Source of the DNA: an uncultured Thermodesulfobacteriota bacterium | GTDB lineage: Bacteria; Desulfobacterota; Zymogenia; Zymogenales; Zymogenaceae | Direction: 5' to 3' | Assembly (NCBI GenBank): GCA_964542895.1 | Contig: CAZIWT010000003.1 | Location: forward strand, 4,733-68,732 | DNA: 64,000 nucleotides | Shown here: piece by piece, positions 56,742 to 64,000 of the stretch | How positions within the stretch are numbered: the stretch's first letter is position 1 | Layout of the letters: every line of letters begins with the position of its first letter | The notes under the pieces: generated by a model | Database searches by the model: none | What the model saw: only the letters and a program-made list of their open reading frames with translations | What the model was told of the DNA's origin: nothing | Made by a program: the position numbers and the translations under genes

Positions 56742-57386
56742 TTGTCCAAAAAAACGGCAAAGGCAAATAACAATAACGAGGACGCTGCGGACAAGACAAC
56801 GGTCATACTGGATGCGGCCATAAAGGTCTTCGCGGACAAGGGGTACTTCGGCGCCCGGGTCTCCGATATCGCCAAGGAGGCGGGCATCGCCTACGGCCTC
56901 GTCTACCACTACTTCGACAGCAAGGAAGACCTGCTGATCTCCATCTTCAGGACCCGCTGGGAGAATTTCCTTAACGCCATAAAGAGACAGATCGAGACCG
57001 AAGACGACCCGAGGGAGATGGTCAGGGGGATCATATCGTTTCTCTTTCACTCGTACAAAAACAACCCGAGGATGATCGAGGTGATGATCATAGACGTCGT
57101 CAAGGCCTCCCGCTTCTTCAGCGGGGAGAACGTCCGCCACTTCAAGGTCGCCTTCGAGCTGATCACGAAGATCGTCGAGATCGGTCAGAGCGGGGGGAGG
57201 TTCAAGGCAGAGATCGATCCGACGCTGGCCGCCTACTCCATATTCGGATCGGTGGAGAGGATAATGCTGAAGTGGATAGTGGATGGCGTGAGGTCGATCA
57301 CGGCCAACGAGGCAAATGAGGCGACAGACATGCTGACCGCCACGCTGTTAGATGGGCTCTCCGTATGCCCCGACGACAAGGGATAG
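56742..57386 (+). CDS. TetR/AcrR family transcriptional regulator (FadR-like, likely controlling the downstream acyl-CoA dehydrogenases)
   Basis: The HTH region ILDAAIKVFADKGYFGARVSDIAKEAGIAYGLVYHYFDSKEDLL is a canonical TetR N-terminus. There is no in-frame ATG, so the start is apparently TTG at 56742. Confidence 0.75.
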   Translation: MSKKTAKANNNNEDAADKTTVILDAAIKVFADKGYFGARVSDIAKEAGIAYGLVYHYFDSKEDLLISIFRTRWENFLNAIKRQIETEDDPREMVRGIISFLFHSYKNNPRMIEVMIIDVVKASRFFSGENVRHFKVAFELITKIVEIGQSGGRFKAEIDPTLAAYSIFGSVERIMLKWIVDGVRSITANEANEATDMLTATLLDGLSVCPDDKG

Positions 57387-57597
57387 GAGGCCTTAATCAA
57401 CAGGCGGGATATTTGATTTTAAGGGGGATTTGAAGGGTATGCGATTTAGGTCGGGGGGGAGAGGCCGATGTTTCGAGCCGATGGAGATTGTTTATACGGA
57501 TCTCTTTTGACTTCATAAAAGGCCGTCTCCGTTTAAGTGCGGATATTTAATATAGATTGGTATTAATTGATAAGGAACAGCTAAAAAGGAGGGTTAC

Positions 57598-58746
57598 ATG
57601 GATTTCACCTTTACGGATGAACAGCTTGCTTTCAGAGATCAGGTGCTGAAATTTTCCCAGAACGAGATCGCCCCGTACGCCGAGGAGTACGACGAGAAGG
57701 GGGAGTTCTGCTGGGAGGCGTGGAAGAAGATGGGGGAGTTCGGGCTTTTAGGGCTTCACTTCCCCGAGGAGTACGGCGGCGCAGACTCGGACGTGGTGAC
57801 CGCGTGCCTCGCCGCCGAGGCGATGGCGGAGGGGGGCGCGGACGGCGGCCTTACCCTCTCCTGGGGCGCCCATACGTACCTCGCCGCCGACACGATTCTC
57901 CAGCACGGAACCAAGGAGCAGAAGGAGAAGTATCTGTCTAAGATGGCGACCGGCGAGTGGGTCGGCTGCATGGGGCTTACCGAGCCAAACGCCGGCTCCG
58001 ACGCCGCATCTATAGCGACCACCGCCGTCAAGAAGGGCGACAAGTGGATCCTTAACGGCACGAAGATGTTTATAACGAACGGCCCCATCGCGGACATCTG
58101 CGTGGTTTACGCCTCCACCGACAAGGAGAAGAGACATATGGGGATGTCCGGCTTTATCGTGGAGAAGGGGACGAAGGGGTTCGGCGTGAGCAAGACGCTG
58201 AAGAAGATGGGAGTAAAGACCTCGACCACGGCCGAGCTCTTCTTCGACGACTGCGAGATCCCGGAGGAAAACCTCCTGGGGACCTTGAACAACGGCTTTC
58301 CGATGGCACTCCAGACCCTCGAGTGGGACAGATCCGCGCTACTGGCGCCCTTCGTCGGCGGGATGGAGTATATCCTAAAGGAGAGCGCCCGCTACGCCAA
58401 GGATAGGGTGCAGTTCGGACGCCCCATCGCGAAATTCCAGGCGATCCAGAAGAAGCTCGCCGATATAAAGTGTTTCGTCGAGGCGGCGAGGCTCCTGGTA
58501 TACAAGGTGGCGTGGAACAAGGACCAGGGAATGGCCTTGAACCACATGGAGGCCGCCGTGGCCAAGCTCTACATCGGCGATTACGGAATGGATGCGATGT
58601 CCGACGCCGTCCAGATCCACGGGGGCTACGGCTACATGCACGAATACCCGGTGGAGCGCGCCTTCAGGGACACCAAGCTCGCCCAGATCGGCGGCGGCAC
58701 ATCGGAGATTCAGAAGATGATCATCTCAAGAATCCTCATGTCATAG
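57598..58746 (+). CDS. acyl-CoA dehydrogenase
   Basis: ACAD motifs (GCMGLTEPNAGSD, FITNG, QIHGGYGYMHEYPVERAFRDTKLAQIGGGTSEIQ). AAAGGAGGG RBS. Confidence 0.9.
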   Translation: MDFTFTDEQLAFRDQVLKFSQNEIAPYAEEYDEKGEFCWEAWKKMGEFGLLGLHFPEEYGGADSDVVTACLAAEAMAEGGADGGLTLSWGAHTYLAADTILQHGTKEQKEKYLSKMATGEWVGCMGLTEPNAGSDAASIATTAVKKGDKWILNGTKMFITNGPIADICVVYASTDKEKRHMGMSGFIVEKGTKGFGVSKTLKKMGVKTSTTAELFFDDCEIPEENLLGTLNNGFPMALQTLEWDRSALLAPFVGGMEYILKESARYAKDRVQFGRPIAKFQAIQKKLADIKCFVEAARLLVYKVAWNKDQGMALNHMEAAVAKLYIGDYGMDAMSDAVQIHGGYGYMHEYPVERAFRDTKLAQIGGGTSEIQKMIISRILMS

Positions 58747-58756
58747 GGAGGGAAAA

Positions 58757-59923
58757 ATGGACTACTCACTTTCAAAGGAACAATTAGCGCTTCAGGAATC
58801 TTTCAGGAAGTTCTGTGAAAAAGAAATAAGACCGAATGCGGATTTACTGGACAAGGCCGACCACGAACAGAGCGTTAAGATACTCAAGGTAAATTTCAAG
58901 AAGCTCGCCGAGTTCGGTTACACCGGCCTCTTTCACGAAGAGAAATACGGCGGCACGGCGAGGAACCTCCTCACCCAGTCGATTGCCCAGGAGGAGCTCG
59001 CCAGGGCCTGCGCCTCCACCTACCTCTCCGTCGGCGGAAGCGTGGGACTCTGCGGCATCCCCATAGCGCTGTTCGGCACCGACAAGCAGAAGGAGAAGTA
59101 CCTCCCGAAGCTTATCTCCACCGAGATGATAGGCAGCTTCGGATTGACAGAGCCGGACGCGGGATCGGACGCCATCAGCGTCAGGACCACCGCCGTCAAG
59201 AAGGGGGACAAGTGGGTCCTTAACGGCACGAAGATGTTTATCACGAACGGCCCCATTATGGATGTTGCCGTCGTCATGGCAAAGACCGATAAGGACGGCC
59301 ACAAGGGGAGAGACGTGAGCTCCTTTATCGTTGAGAAAGGGACAAAGGGATTTTCCGCTGGCAAGCCCCTGGACAAGATGGGCTACCGCGGCTCGCCCAC
59401 CTCGGAGCTTATCTTCGATGATTGCGAGATTCCGGCCGAGAACCTCCTCGGGGTGGAAAACGAGGGCTTCATCCAGGCGATGCAGACCCTCGAGTACGGC
59501 CGGGTCGGTATGGCGATGGTGGCGCTGGGCGTCGCCATAGCCTGCATGGAGGAGTCGATAAAATACGCCAAGGAGCGCCAGCAGTTCGGAAGACCAATAG
59601 GGAAGTTCCAGATGGTCGGCTTCAAGCTCGCGGACATGAAGATGCTGATAGACGTCTCGCGCCTTCTCATCTACAAGGCCGCATGGCTGAAGGACAACAA
59701 AGACCCCGGTGCCGCGACCATGGCCTCCATAGCAAAGCTTGTGGCATCAGAGGCCTCCACCAACATATCCAGCTGGGCGGTTCAGATCCACGGCGGCTAC
59801 GGCTACACCAAGGAATATCCGGTGGAGAGGCTCTACAGGGAAGCAAAGCTCGGCGAGATCGGCGAGGGAACCTCCGAGATCCAGAGGATATTGATCTCCA
59901 GGGACGTCCTTCAGAAGTATTGA
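58757..59923 (+). CDS. acyl-CoA dehydrogenase (paralog)
   Basis: The same ACAD signatures (FGLTEPDAGSD, QIHGGYGYTKEYPVERLYREAKLGEIGEGTSEIQ). Starts 10 nt after the previous stop. Confidence 0.9.
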   Translation: MDYSLSKEQLALQESFRKFCEKEIRPNADLLDKADHEQSVKILKVNFKKLAEFGYTGLFHEEKYGGTARNLLTQSIAQEELARACASTYLSVGGSVGLCGIPIALFGTDKQKEKYLPKLISTEMIGSFGLTEPDAGSDAISVRTTAVKKGDKWVLNGTKMFITNGPIMDVAVVMAKTDKDGHKGRDVSSFIVEKGTKGFSAGKPLDKMGYRGSPTSELIFDDCEIPAENLLGVENEGFIQAMQTLEYGRVGMAMVALGVAIACMEESIKYAKERQQFGRPIGKFQMVGFKLADMKMLIDVSRLLIYKAAWLKDNKDPGAATMASIAKLVASEASTNISSWAVQIHGGYGYTKEYPVERLYREAKLGEIGEGTSEIQRILISRDVLQKY

Positions 59924-60035
59924 TGGGTTTATCTTAAAGCGGTTTTTCAATCTGTTTAAAAAGGCGGGGTAAAACCCGCCTTTTTACCTTTTTGCTTTTT
60001 GCATTTTTGATATAAGCTTTGAAAAAGGGCGTAGA

Positions 60036-60521
60036 ATGGAACCGAACCTCATCATCCGGCCCGCGTCGACGGACGACACCGAGGGAATCTGCGACGTCCA
60101 TCACAGCGCGGTAAGAGCGCTCTCCGGCGGGCCGTACGACAACGACACGCTTAACGCATGGCATGACGCGATGACGGCCGAGAAGGCTGCTGAGGCGATG
60201 GGTAAGCCGGATATGCTCGCATTCGTTGCGGAGGAAGAGGGCGTGGTCGTCGGCTTTGCGCTATTTCAGCAGGGCCTGATCAACGCTATGTATGTCCACC
60301 CCCGCCGTCAGGGGAGGGGCGTCGGATCGAGCCTCCTTGCCGTGATCGAGAGGGAGGCGGTCTCATCAAGGGTAAGCTCCCTCACACTCAACGCCTCCTT
60401 GAACGCCCGCCCCTTCTACGAGGGACATGGATTTCACGTTATCAGGGAGAGCGTGACCACGCTCAACGAAGAGGTGAGCATAGGGTGTCTCGTAATGGAA
60501 AAAGAGTTGGAGGCTGAGTAA
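60036..60521 (+). CDS. GNAT family N-acetyltransferase
   Basis: Acetyl-CoA-binding motif A (VHPRRQGRGVGSSLL). Confidence 0.8.
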   Translation: MEPNLIIRPASTDDTEGICDVHHSAVRALSGGPYDNDTLNAWHDAMTAEKAAEAMGKPDMLAFVAEEEGVVVGFALFQQGLINAMYVHPRRQGRGVGSSLLAVIEREAVSSRVSSLTLNASLNARPFYEGHGFHVIRESVTTLNEEVSIGCLVMEKELEAE

Positions 60522-60524
60522 ACG

Positions 60525-60788
60525 TTGACAGAAGCCATGATAAGGAGAATGACGGCGGGCGACATCGGCACCGTAACCGGGATCTACAACGAGGCGATCA
60601 TAACGACCACCGCCACGTTCTACACTGATCCCAAATCTCTGAAAGACCGGAAGAAATGGTTTTTGGAACACGGCCCGAAGCACCCTATCCTCGTATCGGA
60701 TGTGGGGCACAAGTTCGCAAAATACCACGACGTGATATATATGCAGAGATATTCTACGCCCGCCCTCCGGGTGAAGGGGATTAGTTGA
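60525..60788 (+). pseudogene. truncated phosphinothricin-acetyltransferase-like GNAT (N-terminal about 55 residues only)
   Basis: MIRRMTAGDIGTVTGIYNEAIITTTATFYTDPKSLKDRKKWF ... PILVS matches the N-terminus of PAT-type GNATs. The frame then diverges and terminates after 87 codons, about half the normal length. The next gene begins at 60785. Confidence 0.4.
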
Positions 60789-61582
60789 TGGAGAATGCGG
60801 AAAAGAAACTTGTCCCGGCTGCGCTGCTGTACCTGACGGCGGCGGTTATCGGCCTCCTCTTTCCCACACACATGATCGAGGGGCCGATTCTCCTTTTAAT
60901 CCCGGCCGTTCTCCTCGCCCTTATCACGCTGTTTTTCTACAGGAGACATATATCCCTCTTCGGACCATCCCTCTTCTTCCTCCTCGCCTACATCACGAGG
61001 ACCCTCCCCTTCTATACGCTGGGGCTCATGTTCGCATTTCCCATAGCCCTCTACCTGATCACGATTCGGTTTTTCAAATGTCTCTGGAGAGATAAACCGG
61101 CCCCCTCGCTGGGGGAGGTCGGGAAGATAAACGCGGTTTCGCTTCTTTTGGGCATAGTCGTCATCGTAGTCAGCTCATCCGCCCTGATCCTCTGGTATCT
61201 TCTTTTCGACCCGGATATCGAGGTCTTCACGCAGTATTTCCCGGACGTGGAGTTATCGAAGCTCCTCGTCGGAGGGGTCGTTTTTGCCTTAGTAAACTCT
61301 ATTGTTGAGGAGGTGGTCTACCGGGGGATATTGTGGAGCGGGCTTGAGGAGATTTTCGACAACGTCTACATTGTAATCGTGGTTCAGGCGCTTATCTTCG
61401 GCGCCATCCACTACTGGGGGATACCGAACGGGATTATGGGCGCCGTCATGGCGACCGTCTACGGCCTTTTTCTGGGCGTCATACGAAACTGTTCGAAGGG
61501 TCTCTTGATGCCGATACTCACCCATAACTTCGCAGACATGACGATATTTCTGATCCTCCTCAACATCGTCGGCAGGATTTAG
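60785..61582 (+). CDS. CPBP family intramembrane glutamic endopeptidase (CAAX protease/Abi)
   Basis: The EEVVYRG motif and the FGAIH ... downstream His, within a polytopic membrane protein. Confidence 0.8.
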   Translation: MMENAEKKLVPAALLYLTAAVIGLLFPTHMIEGPILLLIPAVLLALITLFFYRRHISLFGPSLFFLLAYITRTLPFYTLGLMFAFPIALYLITIRFFKCLWRDKPAPSLGEVGKINAVSLLLGIVVIVVSSSALILWYLLFDPDIEVFTQYFPDVELSKLLVGGVVFALVNSIVEEVVYRGILWSGLEEIFDNVYIVIVVQALIFGAIHYWGIPNGIMGAVMATVYGLFLGVIRNCSKGLLMPILTHNFADMTIFLILLNIVGRI

Positions 61583-61852
61583 GAACCGACCCCAACGCCC
61601 TTCTACTTTTGCAAGAAACAGGGAAAAATAGTATTTATTCCAATGAATCTGATATCTCGTTTTGCTTGAAGATTAGGTATCCTTTATCACGCGTTTTTAT
61701 CATGATATTGCCGTGACTGCTTCGTTCCCCCGCAATGACGGTTGTTTTTAGGTTGTGTTAATTTTTTTGGTTGGTGCCTCCTCTTTAAATTGCCGAGACA
61801 AAAAAATATAGAGACACATCGAGACGACTAGATGGTTACTTACCTTTCGCTC

Positions 61853-62179
61853 TCATCCTATAATGAACTTCACGATGAGGATCAACGCTATCCCGCTGAA
61901 GACGGTAACTATGAGATTCTTCGAGATGTAGGCCACGAAGAAGGTCAAGAGACCCGCTATGAGATAGGGGCTGTCGTAGGTGAGGGCGAGCCTTCCCTCC
62001 GGGGCCGCGACCATCGGGGCGACGATGGCGCTCAAGACCGCCACCGGCACGAACTTCAGTGCCCTGACGACGAACCTCGGCATTCCCTCGTCCCTCTTCC
62101 CGACGAGGAAGAACGCCCTGGTGAGATAGGTGACTATCCCCATTCCGACCATTGTAAGCAAGATAGTTACGTGATTCAA
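61853..62179 (-). CDS. azlD: branched-chain amino acid transport protein AzlD
   Basis: 108-aa 4-TM protein with a typical AzlD sequence. TTG start. Confidence 0.8.
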   Translation of the reverse strand: MNHVTILLTMVGMGIVTYLTRAFFLVGKRDEGMPRFVVRALKFVPVAVLSAIVAPMVAAPEGRLALTYDSPYLIAGLLTFFVAYISKNLIVTVFSGIALILIVKFIIG

Positions 62180-62247
62180 GCTTTCCCCCTATATCTTCGA
62201 CAGACCTTCAAATTCGTCAAAACACACTCTTCTGCATACAATTCTCT

Positions 62248-62949
62248 TCAGTCCCCGTCCCCGTCCCGGGCAAATATTGCACCGACTCCGCTCGCAGCGA
62301 GGGTTGCGATCAGGATGTACCAGTTCCCCGGAATGATACGATATGACAGGATCGATGCGACAATCGCCACAAGCAGCACCAGAAGCTCCACCCTCCCCTT
62401 CACCATCGGTACTATAAGCCCGATAAATCCCGCAGCGACGGCGAAATCGAGCCCCAGTCTCTTCGGGTCGCCGAGGACGTTTCCGAAGATCGCCCCGAAT
62501 ACCGTGGCGATGTTCCAGGCCGCCCACGCGGCAAACCCCGACCCGATGAGGTAGTCCCGGGCGGACTCCCTCTTGCCGGAATCCCACCAGGCAGAGGTCA
62601 CGGCGAACGACTCGTCGAAGAGTAGGTAAGCCGCCGCGGCCCTGGGGAGTATCTCCTCCTCCTTTATCTTCCGGGAGATGGAGGCTCCCAATATGAGATG
62701 CCTGAGGTTGATGATAAGCGTCGTCCCTATGATGGTCCAGGGGCTTACCCCCGCCGCAAAAAGCGGGAGGGAGCAGAACTGGGCCGCCCCGGAGGAGACG
62801 ACCAGGCTCGAAAAGGACGCCTCGAATATCGTCAGCCCTGATTTTATGGCAAGGACTCCGAAGATAATCCCGAACGGGAAAACCGAAACCACTATCGGAA
62901 GAGAGTCCACCACGCCCCTGACCATCTCCTTTTTGTTAAAAATTCCCAT
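62248..62949 (-). CDS. azlC: AzlC family branched-chain amino acid permease (copy 2)
   Basis: AzlC-family membrane protein, about 85% identical to the upstream copy. Confidence 0.8.
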   Translation of the reverse strand: MGIFNKKEMVRGVVDSLPIVVSVFPFGIIFGVLAIKSGLTIFEASFSSLVVSSGAAQFCSLPLFAAGVSPWTIIGTTLIINLRHLILGASISRKIKEEEILPRAAAAYLLFDESFAVTSAWWDSGKRESARDYLIGSGFAAWAAWNIATVFGAIFGNVLGDPKRLGLDFAVAAGFIGLIVPMVKGRVELLVLLVAIVASILSYRIIPGNWYILIATLAASGVGAIFARDGDGD

Positions 62950-62962
62950 CCTTAAGACCTTT

Positions 62963-63670
62963 TTAGTCGATATCTTCGTCCCTGGAAAAGAGGGCGCCGA
63001 TCAGGCTTCCAAAAATAGTGGCGATCAGGATGTACCAGTTTCCCGGAATGAAAAGGTATGACAGTACCGATGTGACTATCGCCACAAGGAGGACCAGAAA
63101 CTCCAACCTCCCCTTCACCAGCGGCATAAGGAGCCCGATAAATCCCGCAACGATGGCGAAGTCGAGCCCCAGTCTCTTCGGGTCGCCCAGGATGTTGCCG
63201 AAGAGCGCCCCCAGGATCGTCGCGACGTTCCAGGATGTCCATGCGGCAAGCCCCGACCCGATAAGGTAGTCCCGGGCGGACTCCCTTTTGCCGGAGTCCC
63301 ACCATGCCGAGGTCACGGCGAAAGACTCGTCAATAAGATAATACGAAGCCACCGCCCTGGGAAGAAGCTCCTCCTCCTTGATCTTTCGGGATATGGAGGC
63401 GCCCATGATGAGGTGCCTGAGGTTGATGATGAACGTCGTCCCGATGATCGCCCATGGGCTCACCCCCGCCGCAAAAAGAGGGAGGGAGCAGAACTGGGCC
63501 GCCCCCGCAAATACCACCACGCTTGAAAAGGACGCCTCGTATATAGTGAATCCCGACTTAATCGCCAGAACGCCGAAGACGACGCCGAAGGGAAATATCG
63601 AGATTACTATCGGCAGAGAGTCTACAATGCCTCTGAAAAAATTTTTCCTGTTAAATGTTTCCACTGTCAA
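62963..63670 (-). CDS. azlC: AzlC family branched-chain amino acid permease (copy 1)
   Basis: AzlC-family membrane protein. Tandem duplicate of the 62248-62949 gene. Confidence 0.8.
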   Translation of the reverse strand: MTVETFNRKNFFRGIVDSLPIVISIFPFGVVFGVLAIKSGFTIYEASFSSVVVFAGAAQFCSLPLFAAGVSPWAIIGTTFIINLRHLIMGASISRKIKEEELLPRAVASYYLIDESFAVTSAWWDSGKRESARDYLIGSGLAAWTSWNVATILGALFGNILGDPKRLGLDFAIVAGFIGLLMPLVKGRLEFLVLLVAIVTSVLSYLFIPGNWYILIATIFGSLIGALFSRDEDID

Positions 63671-64000
63671 TGAAAATAATTCTATACGGTTGTCCCAATT
63701 AAATTTCGGGAATTATATTATAACGGCGTTTCATACACAAGGAGATTCTTTTATAACCTCGGAAAAACATTGAACAAAAACATTAAAATATTATACAGAA
63801 TCAACAATTAATATATGGTTGCTTAAACAATGTCTAAAAAGGGTCTTGACATTATGCCCGAATATAATATAATTTTAGTAAGATTTAAATTTTGAAACTT
63901 CCGAGGAGAAAAAACATGAAACAGGAGATTGCAAAAAACGATTACTATGAATTCTATGTTGATAAGGGTAGAAACCGTTTCTATTCAAAACTGAAGGGAT

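Noticed and set aside
1-64000. Mobile-element or prophage genes (transposase, integrase, phage structural proteins)
   Set aside because: None of the ORFs shows DDE, serine- or tyrosine-recombinase or phage hallmark motifs. Horizontal-acquisition signals here are compositional only.

Overview
This 64-kb window looks like a chromosomal segment from an anaerobic bacterium of about 57% GC, probably a Desulfobacterota (deltaproteobacterial) lineage. The pointers to that lineage are a c3-type tetraheme cytochrome with dedicated system-II maturation genes (ResB/CcsA), a glycyl-radical enzyme and a Cys-type sulfatase. I called about 59 protein-coding genes from the ORF track, checking motifs, start codons and ribosome-binding sites by eye. 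I found no rRNA or tRNA genes, no CRISPR array, and no transposase or integrase. Housekeeping blocks are: purH-purD-purE; mlaE-mlaF-mlaD; two acyl-CoA dehydrogenases behind a TetR regulator; azlC-azlC-azlD; a GH1 beta-glucosidase; a class II aldolase; a glycerophosphodiester phosphodiesterase; a YmdB-like phosphoesterase; dodecin; and a NUDIX hydrolase. Accessory or unusual content: a signal-peptide TPR-CHAT (caspase-like) protein with a separately promoted small secreted partner; a DUF2007/Mut7-C RNase gene pair; a DUF2339/DUF3999 pair; a secreted aromatic-repeat protein fused in an operon with a RACo-like [2Fe-2S]-ASKHA protein; an RCK potassium channel with a non-canonical GYSE filter coupled to a CHASE2 adenylate cyclase; an orphan PFL2-family glycyl-radical enzyme lacking an adjacent activase; a sulfatase flanked by paralogous half-size permease genes; an AT-rich acyl-CoA synthetase inserted between a gene and a diverged copy of that gene's 3' end; a palindromic approximately 40-bp element present at two loci 20 kb apart; and an approximately 800-bp intergenic cluster of small hairpin (REP/MITE-like) repeats. 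All functional calls come from motif recognition by eye; no database searches were run.
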